A stretch of DNA of 64,000 bases from Cenococcum geophilum (Eukaryota), in assembly GCA_050273025.1 (NCBI GenBank), contig CP158635.1:32302001-32366000 (forward strand), written 5' to 3'. The notes under the pieces were generated by a model. It was not told the origin of the DNA. It saw nothing but the letters and a program-made list of their open reading frames with translations, and made no database searches. Each line of letters begins with the position of its first letter. Position 1 is the first letter of the stretch. This document shows, one piece after another, positions 40,289 through 55,000 of the stretch. The translations under genes and the position numbers were made by a program.

Positions 40289-41821
40289 CCAGTAACTCTT
40301 CTTTTATAGTTACTATTTAAATATAAATACCGCTTAGCTAGCGTAACGAATATTAATCCTCTTTATTTACTATTACTATTATAATATAAGTCTCGCTGTT
40401 TTAAAATTTGCCTCTTAGTATATAGTGCTTTCTTATCTTAAAGTCGTAGGTGGACGTTCTTATAAGGGCCGCTAAGGCGCTAGTTATAAGCAGGCTAATA
40501 GCGATTTTTTATCCTAGGGATAGAAAATCCTAATTAGCTAGCTAGAATTAGGGTCTATAGAATATTATACTCTTACTCCCTTTTAACCTAACCTTTAACT
40601 TATATATATAGAGTATTTATATTAATAAACGTTTCTAAAGCCTTATTTAGGTTTGCCTTCGTTATTATATCTACTAGGTTATCTTAACCGTTAATTTATT
40701 AGATCTTAAAAAGTTTTCGCCGTTTATAGAATTGCTAAAGTGCTATAATATTAATTAGAAGGCGCTTCTTCTTTATAGTACTAAGCTTAATTAAATACTT
40801 ATAGAGGGAATATAAGTTGGTATATATGATTATAGGAATAACGGGAAGTTTAAGTTAATCTATAATTATCTTTAGGGTAGTTCTAATTACGATTGCTATA
40901 TTAACTCCACTAACTATTTTATATATCTCTAACGCTAAAACGCTTTAAGTAACATACTTACTCTTAGTTAAGCTCTAATAAATAAGATTACCGTAGATTA
41001 TAAAGTCGTTTTCTCTAGTAAATTTATTTATAATAATAATCTTATATCCTAACTAGGAGCTAAAATTTTTATTATTTATAAATAATCTATTAATAAATAT
41101 AAAGAGCTTAGCGGTAGGAAGATTAATAGGCATATAGAGTAGTCCCTAATTAAGATAGTTTATTTACTAAAAAAGGCGTTTATTTAGGGCAAGGATGTTA
41201 TCCTTAGTTAGTTCCTAGTATTAGGTAGTAATAAAGAGATTAAATAAAGCCTTAGGTTAATAAATAGAAGTAATATAAGCTTCGCAAGCGCGTTATTCTA
41301 TATATCCTTACTTTAGAGAATTAACGTTAATAATGTTAATTTTTTTGCCTTAACCCTTCTGGCGTAAAGCAATAGAATCTTTATTTAGAGAGAAGATACA
41401 TTTATTAAAAAGTAATAATGTTATTAAATTAAGCTTTTCCTTTGGCTTTACTATAAGATTTACCTTTATTAGCTTATCTTTTTTAAGAGCTAAGAATTAG
41501 TCGTCTCCTAAAATAATTATATTATTAGTTTATATACTAACAATTCTAAATAGGGTTCCTGTAGTTATAATAAGGAAGTATAGATTAAATATAGAAGTAG
41601 TTACTAAAAGTTTCTCTTTATAGTACTTACTATAGGTAGCCCACTAATAAATTCCTACCTCTGCAATTCTATATAATGGCTTAAGTATAACCATAATTAT
41701 ATCTTTAGGATATTAGTAGCGAATTTACTCTAGAAGGTATGCTAGTATTAAGCGCTAAAGGTATATCTCTAATTAGGTATAAGCCTAAGTAATATTTTAT
41801 AAATAAACTACTATTCTATTC

Positions 41822-42021
41822 TGTTGGGAATAAAGGCAAGTAGTTACCATATAAGGTATATTGTCGTTAGTATAGCAAGTTACCGTTACGTGTCGCCGCG
41901 GCACTAGCGTGGCGAGGAGCCTTAAGCTCCTCGCCCTCCCTTATAAAGATAATATTAAGAAGAATAACCATTATACTATCTATGAACTGTAGCTACGTAA
42001 TATTACCTTATATAACCAACA
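41822..42021 (+). repeat. Copia C2 5' LTR
   Basis: Pairs with 56649-56848. Confidence 0.95.
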
Positions 42022-43144
42022 CTAATTAGTGGTTAACTTTACTATTATACTATAGAGCAGCTAGGTATTCCACTAAGAAGAGACGAGCTACTATACTAGT
42101 GCTACTCGTGCTAGAGGAAGCTGTCTTTTAAGGTTAGGACTGGTCCTAAACCTTAAATAGAACTCTTCTACGAATCTAAGGATTTAAAAGGCCAGAACTG
42201 GTCTTAAGCCTTTCTAAGATTATAGATTTTTACGTCTATTACGCAGAATAATACGCTTTATAAGTCTTTGTAATTTAAGGCTAGAACTAGTCCTAAGCCC
42301 TATAACCGTAAATATACGTCATAAACGCGTACTAAATGATAAACGCGTGCTAAATAATAAATATATATCACGAACGCGTACTAAACAATAACCCCTATAC
42401 CAATAATACTTCTCTCCCTCCGAAAATATAGCTACGCCTACTTTAAATAACTAGAAGGACTCCTTACTACTAGGGGTAGCTAAGTATACAAAACTTATTA
42501 ATAAAGATTAAGACAAATTCGCCTTTAATATAACAACTTATACCGTAAAACAAGTTAACGGCTTTCTCCTACACTATATTATATTCTACCGAAATAGATA
42601 CTACGCCGATTTATAACTATGGGAGTATTTTAGGGAGGATTTTATAGGATAGACTGCTGATACCTAGGCACTTAGCAACGTTAATATTGTTTAGGATTTT
42701 TAAGACTTCCTCTATAGGAATGGGGTATATATTGCTAAGAACGGTAACCTAATTGCTAGTAATATTTAGGCCGTTATTATTAGTATAGAAGAACTAATAT
42801 GGACGAAAGCTGAGATTATACGTTAACTACGGAAACCTAAAAATAACCTATATTCTTTAGAAGGCAACTTTAATTTATATTAAAACCCCTAGAACGCTGA
42901 CCCCCTACCTAGAGCTACTCCCCTACTTAGAGGTGCTCTCCTATTTAGAGTTGCTTTACCTTTACCTCCTTTACTCTAGCTAACCGGTAAGCCTTTACTA
43001 TAAGAAGTTATAAATCTAATAAAGGTATATTTAGATAAAGAGAAGAAGTTTAAAAGAGAACTATATAATATACTCGGAGCAAAACTATAGGTCTTTTATA
43101 ACTGTTGTAATAAGGTTAGAATTTAACGCCACTAGTACTATTAC

Positions 43145-43359
43145 TATAAGGGATATTATTGCGGACACCTTGGGTTGCCCTTAGGACAACCCCCGGACGC
43201 CCCTTAGATAGTCGCCAGTTACGTACTAGAGGCACGTGCCTATAGTATATAGTCTTTACGATCCTAAAGGCCTTACCTCCTTAAGGATTTGTCTCTCTTA
43301 CTAATCTATTCTATTTTAATTGTGTCCTTATAGCCCCCTGTTTACAAGATCCCCTTATA
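43145..43359 (+). repeat. Gypsy D 5' LTR
   Basis: Pairs with 51858-52072. Confidence 0.95.
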
Positions 43360-46300
43360 TTTAAATCCTTCCTACTCTTTTTTAAAAGGGTAGTTGGCTT
43401 TAAGGACCAGATTATTTGTTTATATCTTTTGTTTATATCTTTTGTTTATAACCACCATTTTTTCTTAAAATCTCGCGATAACCTAAATGGAAACTCTACG
43501 GATACCTTATGGAAAGTTGTCGCGTAAAGGTAGAAAGGTCCCTCTAATAGCGAGAGATTGCGATAATATAACCCTTTAGGTAAGACGGCCGAATAAGCCC
43601 TAATACCTAGATGCTCTAGGAGCTTAAAGACTCTTGCACACCTATAGTCACCGTTAAGGAAAATATAGATACCCTTTATAACGGTTACAACGCTGCCGGA
43701 AAGTAACTAAAACCCCTTCAGCCCCACCTAAGCTAATTAGAAGATTAAGCGCTAGAGGCAACCCTAAGATCTTCCCCTAAGCTAGAAATGCCAGAGAAAT
43801 ATATTAACGCGTTTAACTAGGGACCCAACTAGAACCCTTTCGGAAGACCACCGGCCTATAATTGGTATAGTGGTGGTGTATAGACTGCTTACGAGCTAAG
43901 CGGGCCTACCCCTTTAGGAAACTAAACCTAAACACTAACTTAAGACCTAAGGCTTATTGGGAAACCCGCACTAGCCACTAGTACTAATACTACCTCTATA
44001 GTAGGAGCTTCTCTAGGCCCAAGTTTGGAAGGTTAAGAGCCCTATACTAATCTCCTTTAAGACGGATATTGGGAAGCTGTTGTAAAGCTCTTAGAAGCTA
44101 TGCGGGAGGAAGCCACTAATAAATATATTAGAACCCTTTAAGGGCAAATCTATATCTAGTAGGGTTTAATCTAAGCTAAGTAAATTCTTTTATAACTTAG
44201 TTAAGGTTAAGGGCTTTCTAGGAGCTACCTAGTACCTACCTAAGGAGGTGTGGAAGACTTAGAGAGGCACCTATATAATAAATAGAAAAAGGATATAGAC
44301 TAACTGGCTAAGGCCTTCGGTAGTTTAGAACTTCGTTATAGACCTAACGCCTAATAGCTAGACGATTGGGTTTGCGAGGTAGATAACTTTTTTAAGATGC
44401 TAATAATATAAGATAATACTAAAGAGTGTATACGCTAGATTATTAGCAAGATTAAAGACTAATTACTAAACTAGATTGCGCTTAATTAACTTAATAGAAA
44501 GTAAATTATAATATAGCTATAGCTATAGACCTTCCTAAAGGGTTAGACCTAAGATCCGTATATTATATAATACGATAATACAGAATAATTCTAGAATGGT
44601 ATATAGCTAGACTGTTAAGACTTCTGCCAGTTTATAAACTTTATAGAAACTTATACTTAATAGATAGATTTAAAGCCCTTTAAAAATAAGGACGGCAGCG
44701 TTCGTAAGAAGGAGAAGATTGGATTTATCTGGGCTAGAATTAAGCTAGTAATTCGTGACAAAATAAAGCGCGTAGGAGCCCTACCACGGATTACCGTATA
44801 TATGGATTTTAAACGAGTAGTTCTAAACGCTGAGGATATAGTAAGGAACCAGACCTCTTCCGGTAGAAAGCTAGGGGGTTATTAAAAGCGCGGGCACTTT
44901 AGTAGTAACGTAGGGCAGACCTAACCTTTAAAGAAGCCGTTCTTAAAGAGAACTTTAAAAGGGTTAAAGTTAGAAACCTTAAATAACGGGAAAGACTCCT
45001 AGGGTTAACCTAATACCCGTCCGGCACCTTTATAGGAATACTCTAAGAAGTTAAGAGAAAACTTTAGAGGTAGATCCTATTAGAAAAATAAGTAGGGTAA
45101 TAACCGCACTAATGATCTAAAAAAAGAAAAGCCCTAGTTATGGACCTCTCCCGGCTGTAATTAGGGTAAGATATAAAAGGAAAGACTCTCTATATTGCTA
45201 TTAAGCTAGAAATAATACTTCCTATAGGTAAGGTATGATAGTTCTAAGCACTATACAACAGCGGCGCCGAAATTAATCTTATACAATATGATTTGGTAAA
45301 AGAGTATAAACTTATCCCATTATAAAGGTGGCGGAAACTTATTATAGGCTTCCTAGATAAGTATTGGATTAAGCTATATAGTGCCTATAAGCTTATAGTG
45401 TTAGTAGCCGATATATATAACTGTACTAAGGTAGTCGGCCCGCAACCCTTTTAGGTGGCTAACTTTATAGGTTATAACTTTATCCTTGGATACCCTTAGC
45501 TTATGGAAGTAGATCCTAAAATACGCTTTAAGACTAGAGCCTTTAAATAGTGGAATAATGAAGATTTGGAAGGGCGTATATTACTAATAAGCCTAAAGGA
45601 TATCCTAGAGAATGTAGCCCTAGGTGAAATAGTATACGCTTTATACCTAAAGGAGTATCGGATCTAACCCCTGTTTAATAGCAAGATAGGTATAAAGCCT
45701 AGTATAGGTAATAATCCCTTTATAATAGAAACTCTATAGGGAACTACCGGATAGGTTGCGGAGATATTATAGGGAGGCGGCGATTTTAAGGATCTTATAA
45801 GATACTTTAACCGCTATAGATTACTCTGGCTTAAGTAATATGCGGAGAGTATACTACGGCACCTTAAATGCTGCGTTAAGGAGTTCCCTACCCTTTACTG
45901 GCTACCGTATGAAATGGTTTAATGTATGGTGGCAACTATATATAAGTAACAACTATAGCGCACAACGCTGCCTATAAGTATTTTAAGGGAGCTCTAGGAC
46001 CTACCTGACGATAATGCAGAGGATAAACGCAACCCTAATTTGTTAAATATTCCAGTAGGCCTAAGGGACTTACTAAGGGTATTTTTGGGTAGGAGAGCTA
46101 AAGTCCTACTATAGAACTTGGAGTACGATTATATAATTAATCTAAAAGAAGGCAAGTAACCGCTAAACCTTCCTATCTATAACCTCTTGCGTAAAGAGCT
46201 TAAGATCCTACGGGAGTACCTTAATGGCTTACTAGAAAAGGGATAGATCTGGCTTAGTAAGTTACCGTTAGGCGCGCCAATCCTCTTTATCCTAAAACTA

Positions 46301-49300
46301 GATGGAACCATAAGGCTATACGTAGACTATTACGGTCTTAATAAGATTGTAATTAAGAACCGTTACCTACTACTACTAGTTAGTAAAATGCTGGATTGAC
46401 TATTTAGGGTAAAGATCTTTATAAAGTTAGATTTATAAGACGCCTATTATAGGCTCCGTATTAAAGAAGGGGATAAATAAAAGACCGCTTTTAAGACTTA
46501 ATATGGCCACTTTAAGTATCTAGTGATGCCTTTTGGGCTAGCTAATGCGCCTATAATATTCCAATTATATATTTATAGAGCCTTAGGGGGACTAGTTAAC
46601 CGTATATACGTTATCTATTTAGATAACATTTTAATCTACTTAGAAGATAAGAATTAATATAAGCAATATATCCGCGAAGTGCTAGAACGTTTAGATAATT
46701 AAGGCCTCTACGCTAAGGCGTTAAAGTATATCTTTAATACTAAGCAGGTTGAGTTCCTGGGGTATATTATAACGCCTATAGGTGTAGTTATAGACCTAGT
46801 AAGGGTGTAGATAATCTAGGAGTGGCCAGAGCTAAAGAGCTATTAGGATATTTAAGTATTCCTAGGCTTTACCAATTTCTATAGGCGCTTTATCTATAAC
46901 TACTCGGATATTACCCGATACCTATCTAACTATATTACGAAAGCTTCTTAAGACCCGACCTAAGGAGTAAAAAGCTTAAAGGCGGTAAGGAAGAAAACTA
47001 AGAAGGGACTAACTAAATAGTATAAGCTATAGTTATGGCCCGGAAAGGTTTAGGAGGCCTTTTAAGAACTTCGCGCAAAGTTTACGGAAGCTTTATTACT
47101 GCGGCATTTTAACCTAGATTAGCCATTAATAATAATCACTAATGTATTAAATTTTACCTTTATTGGTATCTTACTGTAACCCGATAGGTATCTGGACGCT
47201 ACTTAGCTCTATTAGAGACTAGTAGTATTTTATAGTAGAAAATTCCAGGGACCTAAAGTTAGGTATTATACCCACGATAAGGAACTACTAGCTATAGTTA
47301 ATTGCTTTAAATAGTGGCGATACTACCTTAAGCACGCAAGCTATACTACTTATATACTTTTAGATTACTATAATCTACGCTACTTTATAACTATAAAGGA
47401 GCTTATACCTTAATAAGCTAAATAGGCAGAGGAGCTTACGCGATTTAATTTTGAGATTAAATACAAGCTAGGGGAAAACAACCCTACCGATAAACTATTA
47501 TAACGGCTAGATTATGCTAAAGGCTTTAAAACGGGGGAAGGAAAACAGATAATAAATATCTTACTCCTTATATTGTAGAACAAGCTCTGGGTATAGGATA
47601 CTCGAGTACCTATAGCTCTATATACTAAGTCTTAGGCGGTATAAGCCCTATTGGTTTCCACTAATGTTCTGGCTAGTACCCGGTCCGTTGCTAATAAGGG
47701 TCTAAATATACCTAGATAGGACGTCCCTAATATATTCTCGGAACCTAGTAATACACTATCTCTAATTACTAAGCTATCCCCTTAAATAAATAGTAAAGCT
47801 ATAGAGCAATTGGAACTTGGAGCCCTATAATAACTAAAGGACTTTAACCTTATAGCGGCCTTCCTAACGTACGCGCATTAAAGAGTTATAAGATCTATGG
47901 TACTATCTAGTCTTATACTTAGAGTAATATAGGACGAAATAGCTTTTACCTAGGAACTATCTGAAGGGTTAATAGATCTTATCTGTAAGGTATAACGGAG
48001 GGACGCTTCCTATACTATTTTTAATGCGGAAGTAGACCGGAAATGTAACGGAAAGGAAGCTACTAGGTGCTACTATTGGGAACTAGACCTAATAGGCCTA
48101 CTACGTAGAGGTGGTAAGGTTTGGGTGCTATAAGAAGCAAATTTACGACAGAAGATTCTTATAAAGAATTACGATAATCCTCTAGGCGGCCACTATAGTT
48201 AAGTAAAGATAGTAGAATTACTTTAGCGCAAATACTATTGGCTAAGGCTTAATTAGGAAGTAAAGGAGTATATTAGCTATTATGAGAAGTGTTAAGTATA
48301 TAAGATCCGCAGGCATAAGCTATAGGGTTTACTTAAATTAGTTCCCCCCGCTAGTAAACTATAGCGATATTATACTATAGACTTTATTACAGATCTCCCG
48401 CTATTTAAAGATGGCTAAGGACAAATATACGATTCGGTTCTCGTACTTATTAATAGGTTTTTAAAGTACGTCTAATACCTTCCTGTTAATAAGACGATTA
48501 ATATATAAGAGCTCGCCAACCTAATTAAGGAGAAATGCTTTCTTAAAGTAGATTAGCTATACTCTATTATTACTAATAGGGGTAGCGTCTTTATAAGCTA
48601 ATACTGGTCGGATCTATGCTTCTATTTAAAGATAGACCACTAGTATAGTACGGCTTTCTACCTGTAGATGGATAGGTAAATGGAACGCTAGAACTAGGAA
48701 CTGGAGTTTTACCTACGGATGTATTTAAACTACTAGTAAGATAACTAGTACGAGCTACTTCCGTACGCGGAGTACGCTTATAATTTAAAGCAATATATAT
48801 TGTATAAGTATGCACTAATCTAGATTACCTATAGCGTTTAACTATTTAGGTTTAATAGTATACCTAACGATTACTGGCTAAGGCTGTATAATTAGTTATA
48901 GAATCCTACCGGGAAGTTAAAGGACATTTACTGGAGAGTATAAGGATACCTCTAGGAATAGGAGGAGTAATAAAAGTATGCGAAGTAGAGCCTATAAGAT
49001 GCCTAAGAGTAGTAGAGACTTTAGTATAACCGCAAGCACCAGGATAAGCATTTTGGAGTAGGCGATAAGGTTTTATTACGTTTAACAAATATTAAGACCT
49101 ATTGACTATTAAAGAAGCTTAATATAAGATACCTAGGTCCCTTTTAAGTTAAGGAACAAATTAGTAAGCTAGCCTATTGTCTCTAGCTACCCCTATCTAT
49201 GGCCTATATATATTTAGTGTTTTATATAAACCTACTAGAGCTATAGTATAGACTACCGCCGGAAAAGAACTTCCGTCTAGGCCTAATTAAACACCCTAAG

Positions 49301-51857
49301 GTAGTAGGCGAGTGGTATGAGGTTAAAGCTATACTATGCTATAAGTCTGTTAAGAATAAGCTTTAATTTAAAGTTAAATGGCTAGGCTGGCCTATTAAAA
49401 ACTCTATATGGGAACCAGAGGATTACCTTAATTATTATAAAGATATTCTAAAAGAATATTGGGACTAAGGTCTATAATCTATAAGTCGCAGAAAGCGCTT
49501 TAACACTATAGTGTCATCGCGACCTATAAAGAAAGCTCGCGAAAAGAGTAAATAGGTTAAATTAGATATGGAACGGATAGGCTCCGGAAATTATAGGGAT
49601 AGGGCTACGGCCTAAGGCAGGACAGGTCCTTAGCCTTTTTACGTATATAGTATAGAGTTAATAGGGCATTTTGCTAGAATTGTATTCCTATTCATTAATC
49701 TATATTAGGAACATTGTTTTTAGGGCTTTTAAGCCCTTTTTAAAAGCCTTATAAGGCCTTCCCGAGCACCTAATTGAGGTTCTTAATTGCTACTATATAT
49801 AAGAACGAATCCTAAAAGTCCAAACTATAAATGCCTAATCTGAAAAGCCACTACGCCTTATTATTATTAGGAGTAGGATTAGTATCCATCGGGCTACTAA
49901 GTAATGGTTAATGAGAATGGGATCTAGATGCCTTAATAGGCGTATAAGTAGGCATAAAAATAGGGGTAGGATGATAAGGTGTAGCTAGAGTAGAGACTCT
50001 TAAACGCTTAATACTAATATTAGGTCTAAATTAATACTAACGAAGCTCTTATGACGTAAGCTTATAGTTAATAAAGATACGCTTAAGCCTAGAATGAATA
50101 GAGATATTAGCTAGCTGGTATAGTCTAGAACCACTAAGACCTTACTATAGTAACTGTTAGTTACCTATCTACTAGGTACCTAAAGGGTAACCTATCTAAT
50201 ACCGCATTATATTATGCTCTTTTGAAACTTAACGCGTATGTATAAACTCCTTCCTATAGTAGACAGCGACCTTCTTCTTATTACCCCTATCCTATACCTT
50301 ATCCTTAGTATACTAACCTTACTCTTATATTAGGCGTTACTAGCTAGCTTACTAGGAATTGTAGGCGGTATAGATAGCTATGGCATAGTCTTAAATTCGA
50401 CTAAAATATTTAGTATTAGCGCTAGAATAAGATAAAGCCCGGGTAATATAGTAGTTAAGGATATTAAAGGATCGTCGCCACTTAGGCCTAGGCTATTAAA
50501 GCTTAAAGTTAGCAATGGAAATCTATTAAGGATAGAAAAGCTTACCTTAATGTAACTGCCGCTCTTAGTACGCATGCATTAATTATAAGGACTAAAGGTA
50601 TTGGATCTAACGCAGTGCGTCTTATTATAAGCCTTTAGAATCCTGTTATTAGATTTCTAGTCTTTTAAAGACGTGTAGGCAAAATTATTTAAGTAGGACC
50701 AGTACTAGTTGTAGGTTAGTGGGGGTTGGGGTTCTATATGTAAAGGTAAGGCTAAAATACGCTATGGAATTTGCTTAAAAAAGCAGTTAGTAGGAGAACG
50801 AAGAGGCATATTAAATTGATAATGAAAAAGAAGAAAATCTTAATGATATATTGAAGATACGTCTAAATTGGACGAAGGTTAATAATGGGAAGTAAGGTGT
50901 TAAGGAAAAGGATTAAGCTTAATAAGTAAAGTGTTTTTATACTTTACCGTCTAATACCCTTTTAGTGAATAGCCGTAACCTTACTAATATAACTCCGTTA
51001 TAATAGCGCTATTTAAAAGGAAGGAAACACGCGTATAAGTTATTTAACTATTACTTCCTTATAAAAACTAACTACGCGGCCAAGGGAAGGTAATTAAGAC
51101 GTTAAATTAAAGATATATATGGGTTAAATTAGACCTAAAACGATACTATAGTATTAAAGAATAACGTTATAGACGTTTTTAACAATTGTATAATAGCTAT
51201 AATTGCTATCGCGAAATGTCCCTGTGTGCTAGGTAGTAGAGCTACACTAAATATATAGTATAGGACTACTAGATTTAAAAGCATATGCACTAAATCTTAA
51301 GAGATAAGTCTCTTTAACTAACTAATTAATACCTTAACCGTATCTAATAGCCTGAGGGCAAATGTAGGAGTAATGCGTTAGTGACGTAGAGGATTATAAG
51401 AAAAGGATTATAAGAAAGAATTATAGACTATATCTTAGCAGTTAAAGATAACGGCAAGCTAAGGCTCTATACGTTAAATCTTATACTAAAAGGTTCTATA
51501 GAACTATACTAGAACACTAAATTGCCTATAATACTTGTGATTAATTATAGACTGGCATAAAGGCTTAGAAGCAGAGTTGTATAAAAATCCCTATATTAGC
51601 CTAGGTAGTCACTAGTATGCTTCTAGCAGGCTTCTAATAGGTCTCCTAGCAATTCTTACGTCTTTTCTCTAGTTATATTTTTTCCTTATTAAGGTTTTTT
51701 AGGAGTTTAAAGTAGGGGTTAGATAGATAGATAATATATAGCGGCACGCTAATACCTCTCTAATATCCCTCCGAACCTCTTCCGGGACGAGCCCTTATAA
51801 TCTCCCTACTGTAAGGTAATGGCGATTGGGGGCCGACCGTAAGAAGGGGGGGGGTAA

Positions 51858-52072
51858 TGTAAGGGATATTATTGCGGACACTTTGGGTTGCCCTTAGGAT
51901 AACCCCTGGACGCCCTTTAGATAGTCGCTGGTTATGTACCGGAGGCACGTGCCTGTAGTATATAGTTTCCACGATTCTAGAGGCCTTACCTCTTTAAGGA
52001 TTCGTCTCTCTTACCAATCTATTCTGTTCCAATCGTGTCCTTATAGCCCCTTATCTACAAAATCCCCTTACA
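51858..52072 (+). repeat. Gypsy D 3' LTR
   Basis: TG...CA ends; followed by TSD ATTAC. Confidence 0.95.
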
Positions 52073-55000
52073 ATTACGCTTTCTCTATTATATTAAAGGG
52101 ACGGATAGTAATATTTTATTACAACTATATTGCGGGTAAAAACTATAGCTTTAATATAATGCTTTAGCTTACTAAAGCCTACTTTAAGACTAATAAGAAT
52201 CGCTAACTTTATATATCTAAATGGCGAGAGACTATATTTTAAAGAGTTATTGCTTCTAACCTAATAAAGACTCGTTTAGAGTGCCTTTAACTACTCTTTA
52301 ATAAACTCTAGAAAATCTAACGTGGCCTTACTAAAACCTATTAAAATAAGAACAGCCTAAGGGACTAGGTTATTTTAGCATGCTATAGCGTTCCTAAGTA
52401 TAATTTGGCGCTATATAAACCTATAGATATATTTAAAGGAGTATATACTAAGCTACGCTCAGCTATAGGTACTGCGATATAAATATAAGAATCTTAATAG
52501 TTCTATACCGAAAACCCTACCTAACTAAATAATCCCAACTAATATAATTATAACTAAACTAACCGAATATATAGTGGCCGTGGTAGGGAATATAGTAAAG
52601 GGTATAATTAATATTAACTATAAGGTAATTATAGAGGTCCTTATAGAGGTTTATTTTAAAGTAATTGCTAGAAAAAGTACTACGTTTATAAGAAGCCAAA
52701 TTACTAGTTAACTAGACACTCCCTTAATAAGTAAAAGGAGGTATATAATAAGTTCCATTAGAGTATAAGAAATATTAGAAATTATAAGGTTACTACGGCC
52801 TTCTTTTAAAGCTTCCTAGTTTAATATAAAGGCGTAGAAGATCTTAAGGGTAAAGTTAATAAGACTAAACAGCTCCTTATAGATATAGAAATTAAGGACT
52901 ACTTACCTAACTAATACTTTACTAAGTATAGTAAGGTAAATAGTATATAAACCGTTACTGTTCTTAATAACTAATTTACACTCTATTCTATTACGAAGTT
53001 AGATATCTTTAATAAGCTAAAGGAGAGCTCCGCGTTTTCCTTTAACGACAGATACTTAGCGTATATCTTTTATAGTATTATACCGGATATAGGAGCCGTA
53101 GGAGTATCTATAGTAGGAGAACCTTAAGTTTAAGCTCTTTAGTAGCTTAATAGCTCTATTTAAATTAACTAATTAATAGTAGGCCAACACACAATTTGCT
53201 TTAGTAAAGGTATTATAATCTTTTTTAGCACAATTAGGGTCTAAACCCCCTTAGGATATATTACTTTCCATATTATTCCTATAAATACTCCGTTTCTATT
53301 TTATATTAAAGATATAAATAAATTAGGTATTAGGCTTAATAACCTTAAGAATATATTTATTTAGGGAGATAATCGGGTACCCGTTATACGTAAGTGGGGT
53401 TACCCCTAGTTGCTCCTTTATTAACTAGAAAAAAGTTTTACTTAAAGCTACTTAACTAAGTTAGAATTACGCTAACTATACCGTTATTTTGGCTACCTAT
53501 CCATTTATTAATTACTTAGGGTTCTTTAGTAAGTAGGCTATAAAGTTAAGGTTAAGGTAATTAAGCATCTTATAAAGTACTACTATTACTACTAAATAAA
53601 CTAGAAGTTCCCTAGCCGATTTAAGTTTACCCTTAAGAATAACTATAACTTTAACTTCTATATTATTATTAACGTTATATATCTTAGCAGAAAGCTAGTG
53701 CTCTAAGTTATTAACTTTTTAACCTCCTTCTAAGCCGCGCGTTTTTTAAAGGATATATTAGCTAGAAACGTATAGGATACCCTTTAATTATACTGGATTA
53801 ATATCTACCTAGGACCCCCTAATTAAATTGTCTATAATATAGGAAAAAACTTCTTATCTATAGAGTTCTAATAATAGATAAAGGTAATAGCAATTAAGGT
53901 TAAGGAAGTCCCCGTTAAGGCATATAATAGTATTAAAAAGTAGAGCGATATTATATGCTATTACGCCGCGTATATAAGATTATCTCTTTAAAACTAAAGG
54001 ACGCTAGTAAAGAACTTACCTTATAAATAGCTATTAAAGCTATTAATAATTCCGCTGGCCTAAATAGACTTATACCTATATTGCTAGTCTTTAGCGCCTA
54101 CCTATAAATAACTAATAATTCTCTATTATCTCCCTTTATTATATAATAAGCTAAGGCAATTTATAAGGCAATAAAGGAGGTATAATGCCTCTATGCTATA
54201 CGCTAGGCTAATAACATACTAGGAATAAGAAATGGCCTAAATACCTTAATTATAATTAATCTGCTACTCTAATCTAAGGTACGCGTATAGCGTAAAAAGG
54301 GAGGATGGTTAGGCCTATATTAACTTATTATAATAGATAGTTAGACTTATACTATTTAAATGCCTTATAGACCTACTTAATTCCATTTAACTGTTATTAA
54401 GCCTTATTATAAAGATAACAATTCTAAGCCTTTATAGGATGCCCTAGAAGATACCTTAAAGGAGAACTATAATTAACGTGCTCTAGAAGGCGACTACGAT
54501 CCTGATATAATTATAGTAAATACGCTACAACTATAACGCGGTAGAGGTTGCCTAAAGGGATTATAAAATCGCTAATATCTTATTAATTTTAAAGAGCAAT
54601 TTATTGCTGCTATTAAGAATAGAGTTAAGCTATTAATGGCCTTTATAATAGCTAAGGAGAAGGCTAACTTTAAGCTTATAAAACAGCTCTAAAAGGAAGG
54701 TTATATTATAACCCTAGGAGCTCCTTTTTAAGCATCTAATAAGTAGGAGATTAACGGTCTTATCGCAAGAGGAGTCTTTAAATTTAAGAAGTATGACCCT
54801 ATTAAGTTTAATAAAGTTCGTATCTTTAAATTAAGAATGGTTAACGAGATTAAAGGCAAAGCTACTAACGCCCTATTTAAGAAATTAAGGCTTGTTATCT
54901 AAGGTTATAACAATAATAGTAAGGAGGTAATTCTTATACAATCTCCTATGATTTAACGAGCTAGTTAGTAAATTATTGTTGCACTAGCTCCCTCCTTAAT

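Larger units (their letters stand above)
43145..52072 (+). mobile_element. Ty3/Gypsy chromovirus D (8928 bp) in the gag of C2
   Basis: 215-bp LTRs at 43145-43359 and 51858-52072; exact TSD ATTAC; PPT aagaagggggggg; PR (D)SGAEIN ~45260; RT VIYLD(D)ILIY ~46555; chromodomain ~49315-49440; ~2.3-kb post-pol region. Confidence 0.95.

Noticed and set aside
42130..42390. spaced short repeats resembling a CRISPR array
   Set aside because: Degenerate repeats in the Copia 5' leader of a eukaryotic element; irregular spacing and no cas genes.
48591..49088. two minus-strand ORFs
   Set aside because: Antisense shadows of the Gypsy D integrase.
51760..52167. ORFs overlapping the D 3' LTR
   Set aside because: They span LTR and junction sequence and have no domain support.
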